Of a stretch of DNA of 64,000 nucleotides, positions 27,701 to 40,600 are shown in pieces. Under the pieces are notes generated by a model. The model searched no databases and was not told the DNA's origin. It was given only the letters and a program-made list of their open reading frames with translations. The position numbers and the translations under genes were made by a program. This DNA is from Octopus vulgaris (lineage: Eukaryota): NCBI GenBank assembly GCA_951406725.2, contig OX597819.1:53568001-53632000 (forward strand), in the 5' to 3' direction. Numbering within the stretch: the stretch's first letter is position 1; each line of letters opens with the position of its first letter.

Positions 27701-30700
27701 TATTTGGAGAATGAGAGTAGATAAAGCAGAAGGATAAATTTAGTGTGTCTATATTAACCTCAGGGCGCAAAAAGTTTTATCAATATTTATTAACAAGAAA
27801 ATATTTTGTGTATGTTTGTAAGATGTTTTCTCAAATCTTTGAGTCAGCTCCTACATAATTAACACAGTGTTATAAGAATTGATATCATTCTATTCACTTC
27901 TTGCTCTCTTAGGGTTGACTCTCTTCAGGATCTCCCATATCTGACAATGTTAGCTTCTCATGAAATCATGAAAATGCAAATGTTGTTATTGTCTGTTACA
28001 ACAAAACATTATTTTTAGCTAATAGTGATATACAGCTATTCATAATCACAAACTGTGTCTTTATATTGGCAGTAGGAGACAAAGGTTTTAGTTCAAACTG
28101 GAGGATAAAATCTGATTTAAATTGTAGTTTAACTATATACACTTGTAGTTTAATGTTTGTTGTGTGACTTATTTAATGAGAAGTAAAAAAGAAATTGAGG
28201 AATGGAAATTTTTATTTTGCAGTGGGTCGCATTGTGGTGGAGCTTTTTTCTGACATCTGTCCCAAGACATGTGAAAATTTTAGAGCCCTCTGTACAGGTA
28301 ATTATTTTGTTTTGTTTTTTTTTTGCTTTCCGTGTTATTTTATTATCAATATTCATTACACATTCATAGAATTGTTTATTGTCTTATACTTCTAAAGAGT
28401 CCATTGTCATTCATTTTGCTTGTGTGTTTTAATCATTTCATTTCTAGTGTAGTTATTGTATTGGGTTGCCAAATAAATTCATTCTTTTTTTAATAACTCT
28501 CTATCATCATATGTCTGAAAAGAGGTAAAATTTATTTCAATTTCAAAAATAATAACCAAAAATAAAGGAAGAATGGTGATTCAAAAAGAACCATAAAACA
28601 CTACAATAAAAAGATTATTTTTCCCATTAATTCAAATAACATTGGAAAAGATAAAAATAAATGAAAGAAAAACTGATTAAATTTATTTGACAACACAATA
28701 TAATAAAATATTAAATATATGTGGTGTTTTCAGTAATTAATTAACTTCATAATTTTTCAGGGGAGAAGGGTTTAGGGCAGAAGACTGGAAAACCTCTTCA
28801 TTATAAAGGAATCCTTTTCCACCGAGTTGTTAAAGATTTTATGATACAGGGAGGTGACTTCACAAAAGGTAAGAAAATGTTTCACCATGTTCACCATAAA
28901 TATTTTTTCAGCTTACACTAATTGTTTGTGAAACTTACTCTGTTGTTAGCTTTTGATTTAAACTAATTATTTTATTAAGCATTGAATTTTTGCAATACAT
29001 GAAAGTATGTAATATATTTATATTAACCATTAATACTTGGAGAGAAAAATTGTCACTCACATTTTCTTATTTATATTTTACGTAACATCTCTTTTGGAAA
29101 TGAATTTAAATTTTAGAATTTCTGAGGCTTCCGTATTGTAATTCTTTCATTACTTTTGTAAAAATACTTTTGTTTTAGTAATTAGGATTAGACTAAAATT
29201 CCTAAATATCAGCAACTTTTAGAGTTCAAGATTTTCCATTGCGTAAGAAGTTTATTTTTTAATGCATTTATTATATAAATGTGTACATTTGTTTTCCATG
29301 CTGGCATGGTTTGGACAGTTTGACAAGTGCTCATAAGGCCAGGGACCACACCAGCCTCCATTGTCTGTTTTGGCATCATTACTATGGCTGGATGCCCTTC
29401 CTAACACCAACCACTTTACAGAGTATATTGGTTGCTTTTTATCTGGCAACCGCACCAGTACTTTTTACACAGCACCAGTGCTTTTTACGTGGCACCAGCA
29501 CCAGTGCTTTTTATGTGGCATCAGCAAAGTATAGTATAATGAGTATCACTTTATTAACTGCTACATGTACAGAAGCAATTTGGAAAAAACCTGAAAAAAG
29601 AAATTGTTAGTCTTTTCTCTAGCACCTTCTCACATTAATAACTCTTCCTCCCCTCATAGATTTGTTACTTTTGCCATCTTACCTTGAGTATAGTCTATAT
29701 TATTACAGCCTCTCTTCTTTTCTCGCTCTAAAGACATGAGGGTTCTTTAGTGTTGCAAGGTACAACCTACCTATTGTGGTGCCACAGCAAAATGCATCCA
29801 GTACATTCTGTACAAAGTGCTTGACAAATCAAGTAAAGACAATATAGAGTTGTGGGGACTTGTTAGTCTTATGACAAGCTCTAGTACAGCCATTTCTCTT
29901 CGTAAAGTGGTTAATGATAGGAAGAGTATTCAGTTGTAGAAACCATGCCAAAAGCTGTATTCTGTGAGTGAAATGCGATCTTTTGACTTGCCCCCAGAGT
30001 GTTGTGATTCTCAACAAGAACTGGTTCAAATGGTGACAACCTATCCATCCTATGTTAACATAAAAGATGGATGTAAAAACTATAATGTTGATGATTTGTA
30101 AAATGGAAAAAAAAAAAAAAAATCTAAATTGTACACCACAAATACTAAATAATGAATACTTGTTTATTTTATGACACAATTCCACTGCAGCTCTCTATAT
30201 AGCTGATAACTTGTGGAGATTTGCTTCACTCATGAGTGAATATTTTCCAGCCATTGTGCTCTTATAAAGTTTAAGAATAAGTCAAAGTTACCTTCAGATG
30301 ACTTGTAAACTGGTTTCTCTTATGTTAACATTTATTTTCTGTGTTAGCATTGGATGTGACTAGTTCTATTATGTTTGGTTGGCAGAAACTATACAGAAGC
30401 CTGTTTGTGTATGTGTGAATGTTTTTGCCTCTGTTTAAATTTGCTCTGACAATGTTCACCCTGCAAAGATGTAGAGTGAAGTAACTAGATTTAAAAATCA
30501 GGAAGAGCCTCTGCCCATAGAATATTGTCTATTATCTAGCCTATACCAGAACAGAAAAGTGGATGTAAAAATGACAGCAGCAGCTATAATTAAATAATCA
30601 TAAGGGAAAGTGGGGAAATTCAGAAATGAGAGAATATAACACAACTGGTTTTATGACATTGTAATATGAAATCCTAGCAGCACTTGTGCTGGGCCATGTA

Positions 30701-33700
30701 AAAAGCACTCAGCATACTCTGTAAAGTGGTTGGTGTTAGGGAGGGCAACCAGTTGTAGAAACCAAGCCAAATCAGACTAGACTGGTCCAGCTCTCCAGCT
30801 CTGGTCTAACCATCAAACCCATGAAAAATCGATGTTGATGATGATGATGAATTTGACTGTAAAAGAAATTATACTGATGTTATCTCTTTCATTCACTGTA
30901 CCACACTTTTCAGTGTCTCTCCCTATTTATAGTTAAGACAGTAAAAGGTGTTTTTTCAACAATTTAGTATAAAAATAAGTAAGTACCATATTTGATGGCA
31001 TAAAAAATGCATGAGCATATTAGATGCACCCTAATTTCAGCAACACATATACAGGGTAAAAGTTTTTAGTGTATTTACCCTTTAGCATTCAGATTACTTT
31101 GTCAATTATAATGCTTTTGTATTCACATTGTTTTGAATTAATCATGCATTATTTTGTAGCTTTGAGATTTCGATGATATGACTGTTTACTTTTAGTGTGA
31201 CTTCGTAGGGTAGGTGTGAGAAACCATATTTGACCAGTTTGAATATAAAGCAAATAGAATATTTTGTCCAAATATAGCCGATTTAAATGCTAAAAGGTTA
31301 AAGTTTCTGTGAGGCCCAACTCTGCATGTTTTGAAAATCAGACAGAATATTTGGGCCAGATATAGCCACTTTAATTGCTAAAGGGTTAATCATGGTTCTG
31401 CTTGATCAAGGCTAACATGGGACTAAGCAGCAACAAAATCACATGCAATAGATGTATTACTAGCAGATTTATTGGTAATAATTTTGTAGATGGCAGATGG
31501 AAAAAAAAAAACTTTATTATTTTATTAAAACACATAAGAGGGACCTGTATTGGTGAAACATAAAGGGTACTCATGCTGGTGACATGTAAGGGGCACTTGT
31601 GCCGGTGACACGCAAGGGGCACTCATGCCAGTGGCACGTAAGGGGCATTTGTGCTGGTGACACGTAAGGGGCGCCCATGCCGGTGATACGTAAGGGGTGC
31701 CGGTGACATGTAAAAGACACCCAATACACTCTGTAGAGTAGTTGGTGTTAGAAAGAGCATCCAACCATAGAAACCACACCAAAACAGATTGGAGTCTGGT
31801 GCAGTTCTCTGGCTTACCAGTTCCAGTTAAGCCATGTAACCTTTACCAGCATGGAAAACAGGTGCTAAATGATGATGATGACGAAATTTGAACAAATTTA
31901 AATTAGACACTATACAAAATGACCATCTTTATGTTAATATAAATTTAGCAGTTTGTAACAGCTACTTTACGAAGGAGTTAAATATGAATAAAAAAAAAAT
32001 TGTGGTGTTAAGTTTCTAAAAATCTGTTGACTTTTTGTTTAGGTGATGGTACTGGTGGAGAATCTATATATGGAGGAGTGTTTCCTGGTACGTATTTGCT
32101 GGTATGTAGTTTGGTGATTTAATATGGCTTGCATTGGCCTGGTAGGTGTGTCTGACTAACTAATATATATATATATATAATTTTAAAAGCTTTAAAATTT
32201 TAGTTTTTATTTTCATTTTTTTTTGTGTGTGTGAGAGTGAGCACATGTGAAAAATAATTGAAATATAATCAAGTCAAAGTGAATGAGTTTTTTTTATATT
32301 TTTTATCTTTTCAGACGAGAATTTTATCTTGAAACATGACCAGAAATATCTTCTTTCTATGGCTAATCGTGGAAAAGATACAAATGGATCTCAGTTTTTT
32401 ATGTAAGTTTCTAATTTCTATTTTACAACGATCTATTTGTACTAATTAAGGGAAATGGCTTTGGCCAAAATATATTTTTTGTACCATAAATAGAAAGTAA
32501 CAAATGTGTTTGTTAATTAAAATTACATAGAAACCAGTTTGTTAATGTTATATATGCCTGTTCCTGTATATATTTAACTGCTGAAGACTAGGTCTTGGAT
32601 ATTAATTAGTTGTAAGACAAGCAAACAGTTTGTGTGCAGTTTAAGCGATGGCAAAGTAGGAGTTGTGGGAGAAGGGGAAATGTTGGATGGAAGGCCTATG
32701 TTACCATCTAGTTCAGAGAGACAAAAACTATGTATACCAGTGGTTGAAGCAGCAGTGTATTTATGACATAGTGGTTAGAGTGGTTAGTTTTATAGATGTG
32801 TTGAGAAAATTTCTGTGTGCATATAGCAACAGCACCACCAGGTGTGTGAGGTATACTTTAGCTTCATAGAAAGCTAGCAACTGATTGGAGCTAATTTTCT
32901 AGCTGTGGCAAAGAATCTTAGTGTTACAGATGTAGTTTTGGCAGTGTTTAAATGTAAAAATCACCAGCAGAGATTGTGTGCCCTGACATTGGCAGTGATT
33001 TTAATGGTTTGTGCATTGTTCATGTGTAGTGCAAGACTGTTTTCCTTGAGATATGTATTATTTTGGAGCTGTTGGGTGACTTGATTATAATGTCTTAACT
33101 GGAAAATGTTTTTGAGGGATCAAGGTTGTATATGGATGATACATGTGTACAAGTCTAAGGAGGGGTGAAAAATAGTGTCTTTTGCATAAGAGCACGTGTT
33201 TAATCAGAAGTTGAGAGGGGAGAATGTGGAAGACATAACCCCAAGCTTTGAGATATACTGGAGTCCAAGGTTGATAGAAAGCCAATTGAAATGAGCTCCT
33301 TCAGTACAATAAATGGTTTCACAGTAAATTTCTGTTTCAAAAGATGAAATAGATAGTGGCCATCTCAATTGATAAATTTTCCTTCCAAATGCATTCATTG
33401 TTATTGCTGGTATTGAGGATAACAACATTTCTTTCACTAAGGTTCTTAAGGACAGAAAACATTGATATGTGGATAGGAGAAAAAATCTGTTTGATTTGAA
33501 TCTGTGGAAACTATTGGAGATGACTGAAAAGGAATTAATGATAATGAAGTAATAATAGTTTACCTTTGTGATGAAAAATCAAAGAAGTCCTTTCTTGGAA
33601 ATGAAATACAGCATTGCATGTTTTCATAGATTTGGATAGGTTCTTGTAATGTGAGGAAGATTGAAAAATTTTGTAAGGGAGGTGCTAGTTCTAGAAGTTA

Positions 33701-34647
33701 ACAGAAGGGACAGTTTGAAGTTAATAGAAGGGATTTTCTCAGACCAATCACATTATTGGGTTGGGTAATTGGAACTTTCCCACTTGGTGACTATGTACAT
33801 GTGAGGATGAAAGAGATTGAATGAAGGAGGGTTTGGAAAGACCAGTGTGTCAAGTTGAAGGCAAAATTGGTAGAAAATGTAGCAGCTTTATCAGAAGAAG
33901 ACTTCTTACAGAGCCATCATGGTTCAGAAACGACAGGTAGGACAATTCTGAAAAGTTAGTAGTGGCCTTAATGAAATGATTCTAGAAAACCCAGCTGCAA
34001 TTTGGGAGACAGGAGAAATTGCAGGTTGTGCAATAGCATCTTTTGGTTTCCTAATAACTATCTTGCATGTGTTGGTAAATGCCTCATGTTGAATTCAATG
34101 GTGTTGTATACTTGTCCAGTTGATATGTGTGAATTATTTGAAATGTTTTGATCTGCATGTTGTATTTGGTAGTATCTTGGAGTTTTTTCGAGGGACAGTT
34201 GCTGATGTTTAACTGCTAGACTACTGAATGCATGGTCATAAGTTCAACTCTTATGATTGTGTTGTCCCTCTGATCAAGGTAACTAATGTTATTTGCCCCA
34301 GTTTGCCTGATAAGATAAAAAATTGCACACCTCTCCTATCTCATGGTGAAAGGTTCACAGTAAGTTGGGCATTTAAGGGTGCTAACATTAACTCCAACAA
34401 ATAAACTCTCCTGTCATCCATGCAAGCATAGAAAAATGTATGTGAAACAGTAAAAAATAATTCTATTTAAATATACAGTAGAGTTCCGCATACATGATAC
34501 ACTATGTCGAGAAACATTAACTGAGATTATCTAATTATAATGGAAATATAAAAGAGCAAATATAGCAAAAGCAGTTACAACAATAATTACATATAGTATA
34601 ATAGATATATCATACAATGATCACAGTTCCAAATATAAACTTGACTC

Positions 34648-34694
<47 letters not shown>

Positions 34695-37600
34695 TCAATA
34701 AGGGTCATATTCATCTATTAAGCTGCTCTAGGAAAAACTTTTCTGAATCTGGTTGTGTAGGTTTGAATTCACCTGTAGTGTAGTGATAACTAGATAACAG
34801 TAAAGTCTTACAGTTACATTTTCTCTAAGTGTTTTTTTTTTTTCTGTTCTAAGTACATCTACTGTCTCTACTTCTCTGTAACTCCCTCTAAACACTCACA
34901 AGTAGATGTTGCAGTATCTGTCGTTTTGCAACTATCTCATCTCGTGTTACTTCTCTCTGAAGTTATCAGCTTTAGTGATCCAAATATACTTAATTCCCCT
35001 TGGCTCTCACACTCAAACTACACAATCACCATTGGTGTAGAGGCCAAATTGTTAACCATTTTTGTTGTCCACACCAATTAGTTTTATCATTTACTTATAT
35101 CTCTATCTCTGAACAGTGTACATATTTGTCATTCTTTCTCACCTCTCAAACTAACTTTTGTCCAGCCAATACAATCTTAGTCCATATTAAAATCTAATTA
35201 TTACCTAATCAAGGCAACCCACTCTCAGTTCTAAACTTTGGTAGTATGTGTGCATTGCTTTTGACTCATAAGACAGCTGATATCACTTGCCTAGATATGC
35301 CCCTCCATATTCTTCACACGCCTAAAACCCACAATACCAAAACCCTGCAGTAGTTCGCTTGCAGCTATACAGAGGAAGAACACTGCCTGCAACACTTGAA
35401 GGAAGTAACCCACCGTTTCCACCTGGAATGAGTTCATCCATCAGCGTGAAATCTGCAAGATAGCCATCAAGAAAGCAAAAGGTGTCTTTGCACATCACAT
35501 GGCCTGCAAGTTTCCTACTTCCTATATTGCAACTGAGCTTTGTGGACCTTGGTCAAGATGATCTCTACTAACTTTGCAGAATCTCCTACTTGTCACTCCT
35601 CAACCAAGATGTCTCTGTAAGTAGCTCTCCTTCTGATGAAGCCACAATATTTGCTGCCCATTTTGCTTCCACTTCCACACTGCACATACAACAAGGCACC
35701 TCCCTAGACAATAGCTGTGACACAGTATTTTCAAATATTCTCAAATCCTGCATTCCTCTGCTGGCTCTTTTTTTTTTTTGCCTAACTTATTCAATCTTTC
35801 TGTTAGTTGGGAATTGCCCCTTGTCTTATAGAAAGGCATGGCAACTACTGATGAACTGTCTTCACTTCTAGCATCTCTAAAGTGTTAGGGATAGTTGTAA
35901 ACATAAACTTTTTTCACACCTAAAATCTCTTTCCTATTCAATGGAATTATAGCTTTTGTTGAGCTAGATCTACTGAAGACTCTCCTAGCATATCACACAC
36001 CACTGGTCTCTCAACCATGAAAACTTCCAAGAAGACATTGTTGTTGTTTTTGACATAAGCAAGGCCTTCAGTTGTCTGGCAAGCAAACCTCCTGAGTTGT
36101 CTGCCTATGGCCTTTATCTCTTTCATTGCTTAGATTGAAGGTTTTACTTCAGATTGCTCCATTGCAGGATGCACTAACGGATCTCTTTACCTGAAATTTT
36201 TTTCATTTCTGGTTTACCTCTAAAGTTTTCTGTCACTGCTCCATTGCAGCATATGTTATGGAAGTAACCCACCTATGGATCCCATCTGTTTCTTTTCTCT
36301 TGCATCTGTTCCATGAATGTATGATCTACATTTTATGAACCATGGTGGGACCCAAAGTTCAGGTATTATTCCCATAATTTTCTTTCCATGCATTAATTTG
36401 CTCCTTAACACAAACTCTTATGCATATGTTACCACCATTAACTGTTTTTTAGCTTTTCACACTCACAGGTGCTGTCACATATAATCTAAGACATTTCAGG
36501 TTCTGCATGTGCTGCTTCGATGAACAGAGACTTTGAAATCCTTCTCCATTGGGTATACGACAACTTGATCTCATCCACCATATTGTCTCACTGCCCAAAC
36601 TTATATTGAATATTTTACTCAATTTTTCCTCTGTAATTGATTTCCTGCTCCTATATATATTTGTCCTTTATATCCCATCATCTTTTGTCAATGTGTAATC
36701 TTTTTCTTGGTTGGTAATAGATCTTAAATGTCTTCTAAAGTGCTCAGGAAGAGTCTTAATTTAAATAAGGATTCATACACAGTATGAGTAATCGAAGAAG
36801 GCAAAATGATTGGAGGAGGTATATAGGTATCTAGTTCTCAGTAGCAGAGGCTGTCAAAGTAGCAATAGAAGAGGCACAGGAGAGGGACAGGTATCAGTAA
36901 AAAAAATCCTAAATGGAGCATATACACAAGACCTGTCAAGCCATGTGAAATCATAGTCGGGGCCGATGCCGGTGTCATGTAACTGGCGCCTATGCCTGTG
37001 GTATGTAAGAAGCACCCTTCAAACATTGGGCCTTATAGAAACCGTGTTTGAGATGACCCGTCAAGCCAAGTGAAATTGTAGTCATGGCTGATGCCGGTGT
37101 CACAACTGGCACCTGTACCAGTGACATGTACAAAGCACCCGTTACATTCTTGGAGTGGTTGGCATTAGGGGCATCCAGCTGTAGAAACCATGCCAAGTCA
37201 GATTGGAATCTGATGTAGCCCTGCAACTTACCAGTTTCAGTCAAACTGTCTAACGCATGCCAGCATGGAAAGCCAATGCTAAATGATGGCACTAGGCCAT
37301 AGGGCCTATCTTTGGCCTCGAATCTGCCACGAATATGTGAGTCAGCAATTGAAATTGAATAGTCCCATTCAGAAGTGGTCTTGGATAATTTTGTATTAAG
37401 TACTGTCAGTATCCGAGATACAGGAGTAGCATTCCAGTTGAATTGCACTTGAGCTTTGTAGAAGGTCATTGACTTGATCGAAGCTGAGAGATGAGGCTAT
37501 TAGTCCTTTTGGTGCATACTACTTTGGTAATATGTCATTTCAGGATTATGAAGATTTGTTTTTGTATTTGTGTGTGTTTGTGTGTACATGTGTTAATACT

Positions 37601-40600
37601 CAGTTTCATTGTCTTCTTTTTTTATATTTATATTTCCAGAACAACAAGAAATTCACCACATTTGGATGGGTAAGTTTTCTGACCTGTTATATTCAAGTAA
37701 TGAATCTGTAACATATATTTTGATATGTAAATGAGCATTTTTACTTTATTAATTTAATTCTTTATGCCGTATTGAATTACAGTTGGACAAAAGCAAAAAC
37801 GTTTGTATCAACTTCAGCTGTTTACTTAGAACATTTTCATCATAATTCTTGCAAAGGTTATTATAGTTGTCTCTAGTTTTTCTTTCCTCAGATAATTAGC
37901 AAGTAGTAACTGAATGTTAAATGTACTATAATATTTTATTTCAAGCCTAGTCATTAGTATTTTTTTTTGACTATCATTGAAGATGTGTGCTTTTTCCCCA
38001 CTTGATGGTTGATTGGTTAGTATTAAGGAGCATCCATGTTTTAGATACTGCAACTAACAATTCAAGCCAGTATCCACATTTTGTAAAATCATTCAACTCA
38101 TGTTCACATGAAGAAAAAGACCTGTAAAAGTCTTTTGATATTGGGACAGGAAAATTACATTAAAAATAGATTCTCTAAGTCTGTGATTTTCTTTTTATGT
38201 AATCATAAATTATAAAGCAGTGCAATGCCTTTATGATAATTAAATTTAATAAGGTTTTATGTTGAAGAGTTAAGAATGAAAATGGGATTTTTGCCTAGAC
38301 AATGAATCGTGATTTAGCTGAAGTTTCTACCTTCCTTTTTTTTCTCCTCGTATTGCAGGGTTCATGTTGTATTTGGTCGTGTGATTAATGGAACGGACGT
38401 TGTTTGCCAGATAGAGAATGAGAAGACAAACAGTCAAAGCAGTCCTTTAGAGCAGGTCAGAGTGGCTAACTGTGGAGAATTGGTGTTGCAGATGAAGCCG
38501 AAAGGTAGTGTATAGTACTGCTTTTCTTTTTAAGATTTCCTTTTTAGTAGAATGATTCTTTAGGTTATCTTTGAATTTATAATGAATAAGTTTGTGTGCT
38601 GTGAGTGGAGTGTGAATTTTGACATTTCAGGTACACAAAGTTAACTTCTTTTTTTTTTTTTTGAATTTTATAAACTGTTTCTAAGATATTTTTCTGTTCC
38701 TGTACAGCCCTTTGTCAGCTATTCTATATAATATTCTTTGTGTTTCTGTGATTAGCTAAGAAGAGACAACATGAGTCAGAAAGTGAATCAGTTTCCTCAT
38801 CAGGATCATCTTCAGACTCTAGCTCTTCGGCTTCAGAAAGTGATACTGAAAAGAAAAAGAAGAAATCAAAGAAGAAGAAAAAGAAATCAAAGAAGAAGAA
38901 GGAGAAAAAAAAGAAGAAAAAGAAAGAATCAAAGTAAGTTTCTTTTTAGCCCCCCCCCCCCCCCATTTCATTCACCTTGAAAAGAAATAATAGTTTCTTT
39001 TTTCGTATTCTTCATGTCTGTCTTGTACCTTCATAATAGTTTTGAAATTCTCTATTTAAAGACTATTTTCTGTTGGGATAGTAAGAAAATTGCCATAACT
39101 TCCTAAGGTGATTCATTAAATGAAATTTTTAGTATCCAGATAAGCGTTCTACTTCATCAAACTAGGTTTTGAAAGGTAGAAAATTTTTCTGTTCAAAAAA
39201 TGGTTCTCTTGCTTGATATTTAATTAGATGAACTCTTATTTGACAACCCTGATATAGTTTTATTTGTCACTTGTTTTTGAACAAGTCTTTAAAGCATCAG
39301 AGTGTTGTGGTATTTGTTCCAGCTCTCTGCATTCTGAGTTCAAATCCTGTCAAAGTCAACTTTACTTTTCATCTTTTTGGGTTTCATAAAGTACCAGCCT
39401 TCTCTTTGCATTGTAGGTGTTTTACTGATGCAATTCTCTCCTCACATTCTGTCTGTTTTGCTAGATCAAGTGTAGAAGAGCTGAGAAGGTGTCTATGCCT
39501 CCCTGCAAGTACATGAGCGCCTAAAACAATCAATAAGAGCATAGTATGTGATACCAAGTCATCCTCAGTTGTGAGTGATAGCTGTAGTCTAGGTTATTTT
39601 CCAACAATAATTACTAGCAGTTTTCAGTCTTTCTACAGCTGGAAATAAGTGCTACATCCCTTCCCCATAGCAGCTGAATAATACCAATTCTGTCTCTTTA
39701 AGTCGAGGGATACATACGAACAGAGAGCTGTGTTATTTACATAAGAGTTTTTAGCATGCAAAAATTTTATTAATGTATAAGTTCTGATAAAATGGTATCT
39801 AAATTTGCAGAGCAATTGAGCTCATTCTTGTATGGAAAAAGACTTAATTTTTTGTCTGCAAAATTTAACATTAAAAAATATATTAGAATGATAATTATGA
39901 AATCACTATTTGTAGCAATTTTTATTCATTTATATCTATGAATTCTATTCCTTTGTATCTTCAAAATCAAGAAGTACATAGGAATGAAGGGTTGTCTTCC
40001 ATTGTTAAACCAACTGTTGTCACCCAACATCTATTTTTTTTTCTTCAAAGGAACTTCATATGAATATGAAACAATAGATGTAGCTGGTTTTAAACTAATG
40101 ACTGTATAAGCGTTTAGTAATTCAGCTCCATACTAGAATTATTTTTCCTAAAAGATGAGTTCCTTGAAGTAATGGAAATAAAACAACTTTTATAAATATA
40201 TCCATCAACATCAAAATTTTCAACATTTACTTCATGGCAGAATTGTTAGCTTGGCGGGCAAAAACTGCTTAGCGGCATTTTCATCTATCCTCATGTTCTG
40301 AGTTCAAATTCCACTGAGGTTGACTTTGCCTTTCATCCCTCTCAGGGTTGATAGAATAAGAACCAGTTGAGCACTGGAGTTGATGTAACTGATTTACCCA
40401 ACTCCCCCAAAATTGCTGCCCTTGTGCCAAAATTTGAAATCAGTATTAATATCTTCAGTTTATGTTTTGTTTTCCTTTTGTTAGTCACCCATATGCTATT
40501 GAAATATTAGATAGGAGGGAAAGAGAATTGAAAGATATAAATTATAATGTAGTGACAATTTTTCTCTTGTTCCTAGAAATGATGCTGAATCAGATTCGAA

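Noticed and set aside
31545-31715. CRISPR-like array of ~26-bp repeats
   Set aside because: No unique spacers, degenerate head-to-tail units inside a retroposon, eukaryotic context, no cas genes.
38771-38980. ORF-track peptide MSQKVNQF...RKRRNQRRR
   Set aside because: Wrong frame of exon 8; splice phase selects the Ser/Lys-rich frame.
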